A DNA stretch of 64,000 nt. It comes from Clostridia bacterium. GTDB taxonomy: Bacteria > Bacillota > Clostridia > Christensenellales > CAG-138. The DNA lies in assembly GCA_017523925.1 (NCBI GenBank), contig JAFWVQ010000020.1, forward strand, positions 12,062 to 76,061. Direction: 5' to 3'. The position numbers were made by a program, and so were the translations under genes. The notes beneath the pieces were generated by a model. That model saw nothing but the letters and a program-made list of their open reading frames with translations. It did not search any database and was not told the origin of the DNA. How positions within the stretch are numbered: the first letter of the stretch is position 1; each line of letters starts with the position of its first letter. Of the stretch, positions 26,588-36,024 are shown piece after piece.

Positions 26588-27967
26588 TTACTTATATTCG
26601 CCTGCGGGGATCTCGTTTACGGTGGAGGCGAAGAGCACTGCGCCGGTCTCGGCATGGACGATCGCCATTGCGTAGGGGCGGTTGCATACGACCCTGTAAA
26701 CGGGTTCGGAGGGTGCGCTCTTGCTGCCGGAAGCACCGCTTGCCGCGCCTGCTTCGGTCCCGCTCTCGGTAACTCTGAGGGTGGCGGCATGCACGAACTG
26801 ATCGAGCCTGATGCTGCCTTCTTCAACGATTCCGGGGAACTGCATGCTGCCGTTTGCGATGTCGCCAAGGCCAAGCCTATCGAGCACGGAGGAGCCGATA
26901 GCGTCGAAGCTCGTGCTGAGCTCGATCGCGGGCATCGCCAGATACGCGGGTGCGCTCACGCACTCGGAGAACCTGCCGATGGTATCCGCGAGCGCCGCAC
27001 TCGGTGCTTTGCCGTCACGGGGGAGTATCACGGCCATGTAGTATTCTTCGTCCGCATAGGGAACGAGCACAACCTGGTCGCCGTCAAACTCGCCGCAGAG
27101 ATAATTTGCGGTCGCGGTAAGCATGCTGATGGGCTGTTCGCCGTTCACACCGTTGAACATGCTGATCTCGGAACCCCTGGTGTCCGGATCGCCCCTGAAG
27201 GTCACAAACGGGGTCTTCCAGGTGCCGTTGAAGTACAGGGCGTTAAGCAAAACCATCGCGGTATCGGGATAGATCTGATCGAAAAGCTCGGGGATAAGTC
27301 CGTTGGTATGCTCGTTCACCCAGCCGTTGATGGTCGCAAGCGCCTTTTCGGTGTCGTTAAAGTCAATGTTACCGATAGAAGCCTTGAAATGATCCGCAAG
27401 CGTCTTTTCAAAGTTTGCGGTGAAGCTGTCGCTGTCGCTGACGATGATCGCGCTGTTCAGATTGAATTTCGAGGGCGTGCCGGGCTGCTTTGCAGTCGTG
27501 TCGGCGGGGGCGGTGAGCACCGAGATGAGTCGGGCGGCGTTTTCGTTGGTAGCATCAAGACCGAGCTCGCTGAGCATCGCCTTGATGATCGCAACGCTCT
27601 GATCGGCGTCCGCACCGTTTGCAAGCATCTCAAGCAGAATGCCGAAGGAAACGGGGGAGACCACTCCGGTCCAGTTCTCGCCCATCGCGTTAACGAGCGC
27701 AGCGGCAAAGGCGTTGGATGCGTCGATATAGCCCTTCTCGGGGAGACCTTCCGCATATGCGCCGGTGCCGTTTGCGGGACGGATGCCGGTAAGCCTGATC
27801 GTGCTGTTATTCGGCACGGCGGTCGGTTCGGAAGCGGATTGAGTCGGGCTTGAGATCGGTTCATGCGTGGGATCGCCCGAGGGCGGGGTATTGACGCAGC
27901 CGGAAAGCGCGGCCGCGGATAGGATAAAGGCGAGAATGAGTGAGATAAGTTTGGTGGACTTTTTCAT
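26588..27967 (-). CDS. Serpin-family lipoprotein
   Basis: ATG 27967 after AAGGAG; LSGC lipobox; VVSPVS, INGWVNEHTNGLI, LLNALYFNGTW, TESGTEAGAAS hinge, NRPY motifs. Confidence 0.88.
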   Translation of the reverse strand: MKKSTKLISLILAFILSAAALSGCVNTPPSGDPTHEPISSPTQSASEPTAVPNNSTIRLTGIRPANGTGAYAEGLPEKGYIDASNAFAAALVNAMGENWTGVVSPVSFGILLEMLANGADADQSVAIIKAMLSELGLDATNENAARLISVLTAPADTTAKQPGTPSKFNLNSAIIVSDSDSFTANFEKTLADHFKASIGNIDFNDTEKALATINGWVNEHTNGLIPELFDQIYPDTAMVLLNALYFNGTWKTPFVTFRGDPDTRGSEISMFNGVNGEQPISMLTATANYLCGEFDGDQVVLVPYADEEYYMAVILPRDGKAPSAALADTIGRFSECVSAPAYLAMPAIELSTSFDAIGSSVLDRLGLGDIANGSMQFPGIVEEGSIRLDQFVHAATLRVTESGTEAGAASGASGSKSAPSEPVYRVVCNRPYAMAIVHAETGAVLFASTVNEIPAGEYK

Positions 27968-28142
27968 AATAAACACTCCTTTTCTGTGGTTATTGCGAGG
28001 TTTTATCTTCTCAGAATGGCCGGCGAGCGGCTCAGCAGGCATAGCCGGCTTCGCCGCTCGCACTCCTTTCTTCATTAATTATAACGCATAATCTCGGAAA
28101 ACGGTTCACTTTTCATAAAAAAAATATTATAATAGAGGGGCG

Positions 28143-30008
28143 ATGAACGATAGGATAGAGGAAAAACTCAAGCTGCTCCCCGACAAACCCGGCGTTTATA
28201 AAATGTACGACGCTAAGGGCGAGCTTATCTATGTCGGCAAGGCGGTGAATCTCAAGAACCGCGTGCGGCAGTATTTCCGTTCGCAAAAAAACCATCCCGA
28301 GAAGGTGCGGGCTATGGTTGCGAATATCGCCGATTTCGATTTCGTTATCGTTACAAACGAGACCGAGGCGCTGAACCTTGAATGCAACCTTATTAAGCAG
28401 AACCGCCCGTACTACAACATACTGCTCAAGGACGATAAGCATTTTCCCTATATCCGCATCGATCTTCGCCTTGATTTCCCGCGCGTTGAGATAGTGCGCA
28501 GATTCAAACGTGACGGCGCAAGGTACTTCGGCCCATATCTCAGCAGCTACGAGCTGCGGGAGTCTATAACCGCCGTTCGTGAAAACTTTCCCATCCGTCA
28601 ATGCAAGCACGATATTTCAAGGATGATCGCTCGCGGTGAGCGGCCGTGCCTGATGCATCATATCGGCAAATGCTGCGCGCCCTGCTCCGGCAAGGTGACG
28701 CGCGAAGAATACCACGAGCTTATCGCCGAGGTGATCGCGCTGTTTTCGGGAAACGGCAAGGCATACATAAAAAAGCTTACCGAGCAGATGCTCGAAGCAT
28801 CCGACAAGCTCGATTTCGAGCGTGCGGCGCAGCTTCGCGACAGAATACGGGCTATAAAGGGCATCTCCGAAAAGCAGAGCGCATCGCTTGCAAGCGATTC
28901 AAGCTACGACGTGTTCGCGCTTGCGCGTGATGAGCTCGGCACGCTTGCATACGGCTTGTTTGTCAGAAACGGCAGCGTCGTCAGCGCAGAAGGCTTCAGG
29001 ATCGAATCCTCGGACGAGCCCTTTTCGGAGGTTATCTCGCAGTTTCTTCTGCAGTTCTACGTCGATTCCGGCGAATTGCCGCGCGAAATAGTCGTTATGG
29101 ACGAGCCGGAGGATACTTCCGCAATAGAAGCGCTCCTATCCGAGCAGTGCGCCCACAGCGTTCATATCCACGTTCCAAAGCGCGGAGAGAAGCTCAAGCA
29201 GGGCGAGCTTGCGAGGCTGAACGCCGCTCAAACGCTTGCAAGAAGCCGAGAGCTGACCCATCGCGAATGGGAGAGGGGAGTGGGTGCGCTCAACGCGCTG
29301 TGCTCCGCGATCGGGCTTGAGGAAGGCGCCCACCGGATGGAATGCTTCGATAACTCGCATACCCAGGGCCGCGATACGGTGGGCTCGATGGTCGTTTTCA
29401 TCGACGGTAAAGCGGATAAGAGCCTGTACCGTAGGTTCCGAACACGAACGGACACCGGCGGCGACGACTATCTTGCCATGCGGGAGCATCTGACGAGGCG
29501 GTTTGAGCGAACGCTCGCAGGCGATGAAAAATTCGCCGATCTGCCCGATCTTCTGATAGTCGACGGAGGGCGCGGTCAGCTCAACGTTGCGCTCGAGGTG
29601 CTCGAAAGCTTCGGCCTCACTCATATTCCCGCCATCGGACTTGCAGAGCGAAACGAGGAGATCATCCTTCCCGATAGGGATGAACCGCTCGTTCTTAAAA
29701 GGAGCGACCCCGCACTGCAGCTTCTGCAGCGAATACGCGACGAGGCGCACCGCTTTGCGATCACGTATCACAGAAGCATCCGCGCCAAGTCTTCGCTCTA
29801 TTCGCGGCTCGATGAGATCAAGGGCATCGGCGATAAGCGCAGGCGCGCACTCTATGAGAAATTCCTTACGATCGAGGCGATAAGCGCCGCAAGCGAAGCC
29901 GAGCTTCGTTCGGTCCCCGGGATGGACAGCCGCGCCGCAAGAAGCGTGTACGCCTATTTTCACGATCAGGAAGGCGAAGAAGAAAACGCTTCCGCAAAGA
30001 ACGAATAG
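28143..30008 (+). CDS. uvrC: Excinuclease ABC subunit C
   Basis: LPDKPGVY, YVGKAVNL, ECFDNSH, PDLLIVDGGRGQL, RDEAHRFAI, HhH motifs. Confidence 0.97.
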   Translation: MNDRIEEKLKLLPDKPGVYKMYDAKGELIYVGKAVNLKNRVRQYFRSQKNHPEKVRAMVANIADFDFVIVTNETEALNLECNLIKQNRPYYNILLKDDKHFPYIRIDLRLDFPRVEIVRRFKRDGARYFGPYLSSYELRESITAVRENFPIRQCKHDISRMIARGERPCLMHHIGKCCAPCSGKVTREEYHELIAEVIALFSGNGKAYIKKLTEQMLEASDKLDFERAAQLRDRIRAIKGISEKQSASLASDSSYDVFALARDELGTLAYGLFVRNGSVVSAEGFRIESSDEPFSEVISQFLLQFYVDSGELPREIVVMDEPEDTSAIEALLSEQCAHSVHIHVPKRGEKLKQGELARLNAAQTLARSRELTHREWERGVGALNALCSAIGLEEGAHRMECFDNSHTQGRDTVGSMVVFIDGKADKSLYRRFRTRTDTGGDDYLAMREHLTRRFERTLAGDEKFADLPDLLIVDGGRGQLNVALEVLESFGLTHIPAIGLAERNEEIILPDRDEPLVLKRSDPALQLLQRIRDEAHRFAITYHRSIRAKSSLYSRLDEIKGIGDKRRRALYEKFLTIEAISAASEAELRSVPGMDSRAARSVYAYFHDQEGEEENASAKNE

Positions 30009-30068
30009 CGGCAGTATGCTGAAAAAATGTATGATTCATGCAAAATAACCAATGATAAGAAGGATAAT

Positions 30069-30914
30069 ATGAAAACAGAATTCAAGCTTAAGAACAGTAT
30101 AAGGCTTCTTGCTCTCGATATTGACGATACGCTCGTGTATAAAGCAGGCAAGGTCTCTGAAAGAAACCTTGCCGCGATCGCGGCAGCGCGCAAAGCGGGC
30201 GTTTACGTTACGCTCGCCACCGGCCGCGGATTCTTCGGGTCTTCCCGAGTTGTAAAGCAGCTCAATTTGGATACCCTGGTCGTGAACTACGGCGGAGCGA
30301 TGATAAACGACGCGAAAACGGGGCTTCCGGTTTTTACGACCGAGCTCGATAACGAATACGTTCAAGAGATAATCGCCATGGCCGACAAAATGGGTCTGCA
30401 TGCGCATCTCTATCAGGGAGACTGCGTTGTTTGTGCAAAGCCGCATCCATACGTGAATCAATACGTTTCGGTGCTCGATCTGCCGTTTGAACTCGACAGC
30501 GAGCTTCCGAATAAGGTGTGGCACAATGTTCCGAAGGTGCTCATCATCACCGAACCGGAGCGCGTTGACGGTATTCTGCCGATCTTTGAGAGCCATTTTT
30601 ATGGAAGAGTCTGCGTTTCCGCATCCAGCCCCGGTTTCATTGAATTCAACAGGCTTGGAGCAAACAAAGGTACTGCGCTTGCCTGGATCGCTGACAGGCT
30701 CGGCATAGATCGAAGCGAGGTCGCCGCCATGGGCGACAATACGCTCGACCTTGAGATGATCGAGTATGCCGGCGTCGGAGCGGCCGTTGCGAACGCAAGC
30801 GAGATCATAAGGTCCGCCGCTGACTTGATCGTTCCATCCTGCACCGAGGACGGCGTGGCGTATTTTATAGAAAACTACATCCTTAACGATGCAGGATCGG
30901 CTCGGGAGGAATAA
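30069..30914 (+). CDS. Cof-type HAD-IIB hydrolase
   Basis: ALDIDDTL, LATGR, NKG, MGDNTLDLEM, DGVA motifs. Confidence 0.9.
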   Translation: MKTEFKLKNSIRLLALDIDDTLVYKAGKVSERNLAAIAAARKAGVYVTLATGRGFFGSSRVVKQLNLDTLVVNYGGAMINDAKTGLPVFTTELDNEYVQEIIAMADKMGLHAHLYQGDCVVCAKPHPYVNQYVSVLDLPFELDSELPNKVWHNVPKVLIITEPERVDGILPIFESHFYGRVCVSASSPGFIEFNRLGANKGTALAWIADRLGIDRSEVAAMGDNTLDLEMIEYAGVGAAVANASEIIRSAADLIVPSCTEDGVAYFIENYILNDAGSAREE

Positions 30915-30918
30915 GCTG

Positions 30919-31848
30919 ATGTTCGGATCCAAAAGCTGCTTCCTCGGCTTTGATATCGGGGGCACCAAGATCGCTTGCGGTCTCTTGAATGAAGAATATG
31001 CCGTGATGGACAAGCTCAGCTGCGCTTTTGAGCCGCTCGGCGAGGGCGGCATCGCACAAAGCATGCTTGAACTTGCTAAAAAGCTTTGTTCAAAAGCCGG
31101 GATCGGCATGGAAAGCATCCGCGCCGTCGGAGTATGCATCCCCGGCAGCGTGGATACCGAGCGAGGCATCGTGATCGACGCATACAATCTTTCGCTCCAT
31201 GACTCGAATTTTCGCGAGACCGTTGAAAAGCGCTTCCATATAAAGACGGCGCTGCTCAACGATGCCGACGCCGCAGCGCTTGCGGAAGCAAGGATAGGCG
31301 CACTAAGCGCGGTGAAAAACTCCATGCTCGTTACGATCGGCACCGGCATTGGCGTGGGGATCATCCTCGGCGGAAATCTCTTTCACGGAGGGCGCGGTCT
31401 TGGCGTTGAAGCAGGGCATGCGGTTATGGATATTCACGGCGATGAATGCACCTGCGGCAGATTCGGCTGTGTTGAAACGCTTTGCTCCGCGTCTTGGCTG
31501 CAAAGTAAGGCAAAAGCGGCGCTTGGGCAGGATGCGTCCATCCCGATGCTCGTAAAGCTTGCCAAGGCCGGTGACCCCGTCTGCGCCGCTATTTGGAACG
31601 AATTTGCCTTCAACCTCGGAAACGCGCTCGCCTCTTATGTGAATATTCTCGATCCCGAGATGATAGCGCTCGGCGGCGGAGTTTCGGGCGTGGGCGAATT
31701 CCTGCTGAGCTCCATTCGCGATCACGTGGACAAGGGCTCTTTTTTCAGGCCTCAAACGCCCGTCGTTATCGCTTCGCTCGGCAACGACGCGGGGCTTGCC
31801 GGCGCGTGCATCTATGCTGATGAACAGCAGCGGAATTGCGAACAATGA
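30919..31848 (+). CDS. ROK family sugar kinase
   Basis: DIGGTK, NDADAAALAE, GTGIG, EAGH, CTCGRFGCVE, GGGVS motifs. Confidence 0.9.
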   Translation: MFGSKSCFLGFDIGGTKIACGLLNEEYAVMDKLSCAFEPLGEGGIAQSMLELAKKLCSKAGIGMESIRAVGVCIPGSVDTERGIVIDAYNLSLHDSNFRETVEKRFHIKTALLNDADAAALAEARIGALSAVKNSMLVTIGTGIGVGIILGGNLFHGGRGLGVEAGHAVMDIHGDECTCGRFGCVETLCSASWLQSKAKAALGQDASIPMLVKLAKAGDPVCAAIWNEFAFNLGNALASYVNILDPEMIALGGGVSGVGEFLLSSIRDHVDKGSFFRPQTPVVIASLGNDAGLAGACIYADEQQRNCEQ

Positions 31849-31905
31849 TGAATAATCAATGAACATTAAACGATCAACAACAATCACGCTAAGGAGGAAA
31901 AACAA

Positions 31906-32631
31906 ATGTCAATAATGTGTGCGGTCTTTGTGCCGGACGGTATCGTGATGGCGGCCGACAGCCGACAAACAGTCGGGATAACGCCTGTGGCGCGGCCTCA
32001 GCAGAGCGCGCAGTCGGGAGAGCCAACCGTGCTCAACCGAATGAATTCTCCCAATCAGACGCCTGTGCAGATGCTTGCGCAGAGCGATAACGCGCAGAAG
32101 ATCATGCTTCTCAGCAAGGTCAAGGTAGGCATCTCGGCCTGCGGGATCGGCATTCTGAAAGGGAAGACCGTTTCGGACTTCATACGCTCCTTCGAGATCG
32201 AGTGCGTTCGAGCAGGCGACACCGTTACGGACGTTGCAAACAAGCTCCAGACCTATGCCATGGAGTTCTTCCCGCAGGTCAATTTCTTCGTTTGCGGCTA
32301 CGAGGAGGATGAGGCCTTCGTTTACAGCGTAAACAAGCAGATCAAGCGAAACAACGTTGAAAACGGCAAGCCGCGCTATGCTTCCGTTTGGTCGGGCGAA
32401 CAGGCGGCGATCACCAAGCTTTTGAACGGGAACCCGCCCATGCTCGTGAATCACGTGCTGATGCCACTTAAGGACGCAGTTGATTTTTCTGAGTTTCTTA
32501 TCGACCTAACCATAAAGGCTCAGCGCTTTGAGATGAAGGTCGCAACCTGCGGCGGCGATATAGATCTGCTTGTGCTCACCAAGGACGAGAGCTTTTGGTA
32601 TCGTCATAAGATCTTCAAACCCGGAAGATAA
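31906..32631 (+). CDS. Stand-alone proteasome-beta-like Ntn-hydrolase
   Basis: (M)SIMCAVFVPDGIVMAADSR, QKI, ACG, FFVCGY, WSG, TCGGDID pattern; RBS AAGGAGG. Confidence 0.7.
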   Translation: MSIMCAVFVPDGIVMAADSRQTVGITPVARPQQSAQSGEPTVLNRMNSPNQTPVQMLAQSDNAQKIMLLSKVKVGISACGIGILKGKTVSDFIRSFEIECVRAGDTVTDVANKLQTYAMEFFPQVNFFVCGYEEDEAFVYSVNKQIKRNNVENGKPRYASVWSGEQAAITKLLNGNPPMLVNHVLMPLKDAVDFSEFLIDLTIKAQRFEMKVATCGGDIDLLVLTKDESFWYRHKIFKPGR

Positions 32632-32663
32632 CGGGCAGCAGCTAAAAATCCCGTCATAAAACA

Positions 32664-32702
32664 GCCTTTCATGCGTAAACTGTTGCATGAAAGGTTTTTT
32701 TA
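32664..32702 (+). terminator. Intrinsic terminator
   Basis: gcctttcatgc...gcatgaaaggttttttt. Confidence 0.75.
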
Positions 32703-32761
32703 TCGGAAAATCGAAGGATCCTCTCAACGCAGCCAACGCAAGGTACGGCGCACGCTTTTCT

Positions 32762-34144
32762 ATGCGTAACGGCGCAAAGAAGCGCGTGCTTATTCTCTCA
32801 AGCTCAAATCTAACTTTGCAGCTCCTCGGCTTTGTTTATCGAATGATGCTTTCGCGCCTTGCGGGCAGCGAAGCGCTCGGTCTGCAGTCGCTCGTTATGC
32901 AGATCTATTCGATAATAGTTTCAGTATGCATTTCCGGGCTCAACGTAGCCGTGATGACGCTTGCGGCAAGGCTCATGGGGAACTCGATAAGAATAAGAAC
33001 GCTCACGCGCTCGGCGCTCATGCTGTTCGCATTGCTTTTCACCGCAGCTTCACTCCCGATATTCGTTTTTCGAGCTCAAGTTGCCGCAAAGCTTATCGGC
33101 GACCCGGAGGCGCAGACGGCAGTGGTGCTCGTGCTTGCCTGCATACTGCTCACCGGCATTGAGAACGTGCTGAAATCGGTGCATCTCGGCAGCGGGTTGG
33201 TCAAGCGACCGGCCATTTCGGAGCTTATCGAGCAGAGCATAAGGTATCTGTTCGTTTTTCTCCTTTTAAAAACGGTTTCGGACGGCAGCGATCACCGCAT
33301 AGCGGCGCTGATCATGCTCGGGATGCTGATGAGCGAATTCTTCAGCGTTTCGTTTCTTTCGATCTCGTTCAAAAAAAGCTTTCCATTGATTAAAAAACAC
33401 GATATAGTTTTCGCCCCAAACAGCGAGAGCAGGCATGCGATCGGCGAGCTGATCGGGATACTCCTTCCTGCCGGACTGACGAGCGTTGCCGGAACGGTAT
33501 TTGCCTCCGCCGCATCCCTGATGCTCCCTTCTCGATTGATGCTAGCCGGCTACTCGAGGCAGCAGGCGCTTTCCGCGATCGGCACTCTCGGCACCGTAGC
33601 CGTTCCGCTCGTTTTTCTTCCCATAGCGTTCGCGGGCGCGGTTTCGACCGTGGCGCTTCCTGCCGTTTCAGAGGCATACTCTCGCGGCGATACATCTCGC
33701 GTTCGAAGCATCGCAATAAGGAGCATCGGTGCCGCCGCTGCGGCGTTCGTGCTGTTCGATCTGCCCATGCTGCCCTTCTTCGGAAAGCTTTGCGCCGTGC
33801 TGTTTGGAAAAGTTCCAACTGCGCTCTGCTTCGTGCTTCTCAGCATAAAGGCCGGCGTCATCTTCATGCAAATGGCAGCTTCCGCCGTGCTGAACGGCAT
33901 GATGAAGCAGAAGAGCGTGCTGTATCTTGCGATTTTCGGCGAGATCAGCCAGCTTGTGATGATCTATACGCTCGCAGCACTGCCGCAGCTTCATATCTAC
34001 GGCTATCTGATATCCATGGCAATAGGAGAAGGTGCAAGGCTTATCGCTTCGCTAGTTTATCTCCACGGCTGCATGCGCTCTTCCACAGGTCGCAAACTGC
34101 TTCCTTCAAATACAAAACAGAGCCCGAACTGCGAGCTCTGCTGA
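32762..34144 (+). CDS. SpoVB/MurJ-like MOP-family flippase
   Basis: LLGFVYRMMLSRLAGSEALGL, PAISELIEQ, LPAVSE motifs; many TMs; start uncertain. Confidence 0.75.
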   Translation: MRNGAKKRVLILSSSNLTLQLLGFVYRMMLSRLAGSEALGLQSLVMQIYSIIVSVCISGLNVAVMTLAARLMGNSIRIRTLTRSALMLFALLFTAASLPIFVFRAQVAAKLIGDPEAQTAVVLVLACILLTGIENVLKSVHLGSGLVKRPAISELIEQSIRYLFVFLLLKTVSDGSDHRIAALIMLGMLMSEFFSVSFLSISFKKSFPLIKKHDIVFAPNSESRHAIGELIGILLPAGLTSVAGTVFASAASLMLPSRLMLAGYSRQQALSAIGTLGTVAVPLVFLPIAFAGAVSTVALPAVSEAYSRGDTSRVRSIAIRSIGAAAAAFVLFDLPMLPFFGKLCAVLFGKVPTALCFVLLSIKAGVIFMQMAASAVLNGMMKQKSVLYLAIFGEISQLVMIYTLAALPQLHIYGYLISMAIGEGARLIASLVYLHGCMRSSTGRKLLPSNTKQSPNCELC

Positions 34145-34165
34145 AAACCTTTATGCTGCTGTGAC

Positions 34166-34210
34166 AAGGTCAGGTTAATGGTCAAGTAAAGGGTCAGGTC
34201 AAGGGTCATG
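34166..34210. repeat. Short 12-bp-period GGTCA repeat between convergent genes
   Basis: GGTCA at 34168, 34180, 34192 and 34204, plus an extra copy at 34197. Confidence 0.5.
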
Positions 34211-35432
34211 TGTCGGACGATTGCCGGAGGATGTCTCCGGGCTTAAGAGGCTCACCGCAGCCGATGAACAGCCTCTCGCAGGGATGCGGAGCGCCAGTCA
34301 CGACTTCGCCTTCTTCGTTTCGGATGCCGCGTACGGTGAAGCTTCTCGAAACGTCGCCGGGGGAGAGGATGGATAGCACGTCGCCGTCAAAGAAGCGGTT
34401 GCGCTGCTCGATATGCGCGATCTTCGTTTCCGCGTTATAATCAAGCACAACGGCGGAGATTCGGTAGTCCTGAATATAGCCGCCGGAATCCTCGGCCATA
34501 AGCTCTGCACCGTCATCGAGCATGAAGCCTGTGGTGTAGGGGCGGTGGCTGATGCGGTTCAGCTCATCAAGAACTATGCCCATGTCCGCTCCGTCGAGCG
34601 CCATGCGATAGGCGTTCACAACGGTCGCAACATAGAGGATGGACTTCATCCTTCCCTCGATCTTTAGACTGATTATACCCGAGTCGATCAGCTCATTCAG
34701 ATGCTCCGCCATGCACATATCGCGCGAATTCATGATGAAGCTGCCTTCCTTTTCGGAGATCAGCGTGAAATACTCGCCGTTCGAGCCAAGCTCGCGCACC
34801 TCGTAGCTCCATCGGCAGGGCTGAACGCATTCACCCCTGTTGCTGTCGCGTCCGGCGATATAGTTGCTGAGAAGACAGCGGCCCGAATAGCTGACGCACA
34901 TTGCGCCGTGAACGAAAGCCTCAAGCTCAAGGGAAGCGGGAAGCTTTTCGCGCATGGTCCTTATCTCGGACAGGGTCAGCTCCCTTGCAAGAACGATCCT
35001 TTCGATGCCCTGTTCATGCCAGAATAGAGCGGCCTCGGAGTTAAGCGTGTTTGCCTGAGTGCTGAGATGCAGCGCAAGCTTCGGCGCAACTCGCTTTGCT
35101 ATGCGCACAACGGAGGGATCGTTGATGATAAGAGCATCCACGCCGGCATCCTCGAGCGCTTTGAGCGTTTCGGGGAGCGATTCAAGCTCGCTGTCACGCA
35201 TGAAGGCGTTGACCGTTACGTAGATCTTTACGCCGCGTTCATGCGCGTATGAAACGGCTTCGCGCACCTCGTCGAGCGTGAAGTTATCGGCCATATTCCG
35301 CAGCGAAAAAGCGGTCGTACCAAGGTAGACCGCATCAGCTCCGAAATGGATCGCGGTGATGAGCCTTTCCATATTGCCGGCGGGGGCAAGCAGCTCAACG
35401 CGTTTATTCGATTTAACTTTCGGATCAGACAT
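34206..35432 (-). CDS. Peptidase U32 family protein (tRNA hydroxylation TrhP-like)
   Basis: ELLAPAG, GADAVY, HLSTQ, HGAMCVSYSGRC, NRGECVQPCRW, LKIEGRMK motifs. Confidence 0.92.
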   Translation of the reverse strand: MSDPKVKSNKRVELLAPAGNMERLITAIHFGADAVYLGTTAFSLRNMADNFTLDEVREAVSYAHERGVKIYVTVNAFMRDSELESLPETLKALEDAGVDALIINDPSVVRIAKRVAPKLALHLSTQANTLNSEAALFWHEQGIERIVLARELTLSEIRTMREKLPASLELEAFVHGAMCVSYSGRCLLSNYIAGRDSNRGECVQPCRWSYEVRELGSNGEYFTLISEKEGSFIMNSRDMCMAEHLNELIDSGIISLKIEGRMKSILYVATVVNAYRMALDGADMGIVLDELNRISHRPYTTGFMLDDGAELMAEDSGGYIQDYRISAVVLDYNAETKIAHIEQRNRFFDGDVLSILSPGDVSRSFTVRGIRNEEGEVVTGAPHPCERLFIGCGEPLKPGDILRQSSDT

Positions 35433-35446
35433 AGTCCTTCAAAGCA

Positions 35447-35971
35447 TCAGAGCAGATTTATCTGGCAGCTAGCAAGCGTTTTGAGCGCGGCTTCATGCAG
35501 CTCCGGCGTAACTCCCGCACAGCAGGCGGGATCCACGCTTATCTCGGCTTCGGGGAAGAAGGTCTTAAGAAGCAGTGCGTTTGAAACCACGCAGATATCG
35601 GTGCAGAGCCCGATCAGCTCGATCGAGAGCGCTTCGCCGCGAGCGGCCTGTGCTATATCTATCGCAAGCTGAATCGATCCAAACGAGGGCTTTCTAATCG
35701 AAACATACTGTCTGCCCTTAAGCGCGTCGGCGATCCGTTCATCGAGCTGCCAGCCGTCCGAATCCACAATGCAGTGAGGGACCGGAAGCTTCTTGCCCTC
35801 CGCAGTTTCAAGATAATTACCGTAATGAGTGTCGAAGGTAACGAAGATATCGCCTTCGAAGCACTCTATCTTTTTCACAGCCGCAGGAATGATGGAAACG
35901 GCCTCGGCAGTGCCGAGCGCGCCGTCCACAAAATCCTTCTGCATATCCACGACCACAAGAATCTTTTTCAT
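35447..35971 (-). CDS. Isochorismatase/nicotinamidase-family cysteine hydrolase
   Basis: VVDMQKDF, DTH, HC, K, GLCTDICV motifs. Confidence 0.88.
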   Translation of the reverse strand: MKKILVVVDMQKDFVDGALGTAEAVSIIPAAVKKIECFEGDIFVTFDTHYGNYLETAEGKKLPVPHCIVDSDGWQLDERIADALKGRQYVSIRKPSFGSIQLAIDIAQAARGEALSIELIGLCTDICVVSNALLLKTFFPEAEISVDPACCAGVTPELHEAALKTLASCQINLL

Positions 35972-36024
35972 ATTGCCTCCATTATAAGTCGTTTTCACTT
36001 TTCACTTTTCAGCTCTCGGTCTAT

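Noticed and set aside
27968-28075. 36-aa extension of the serpin ORF
   Set aside because: The lipoprotein signal begins at ATG 27967 with a strong RBS; the upstream ATG has no RBS.
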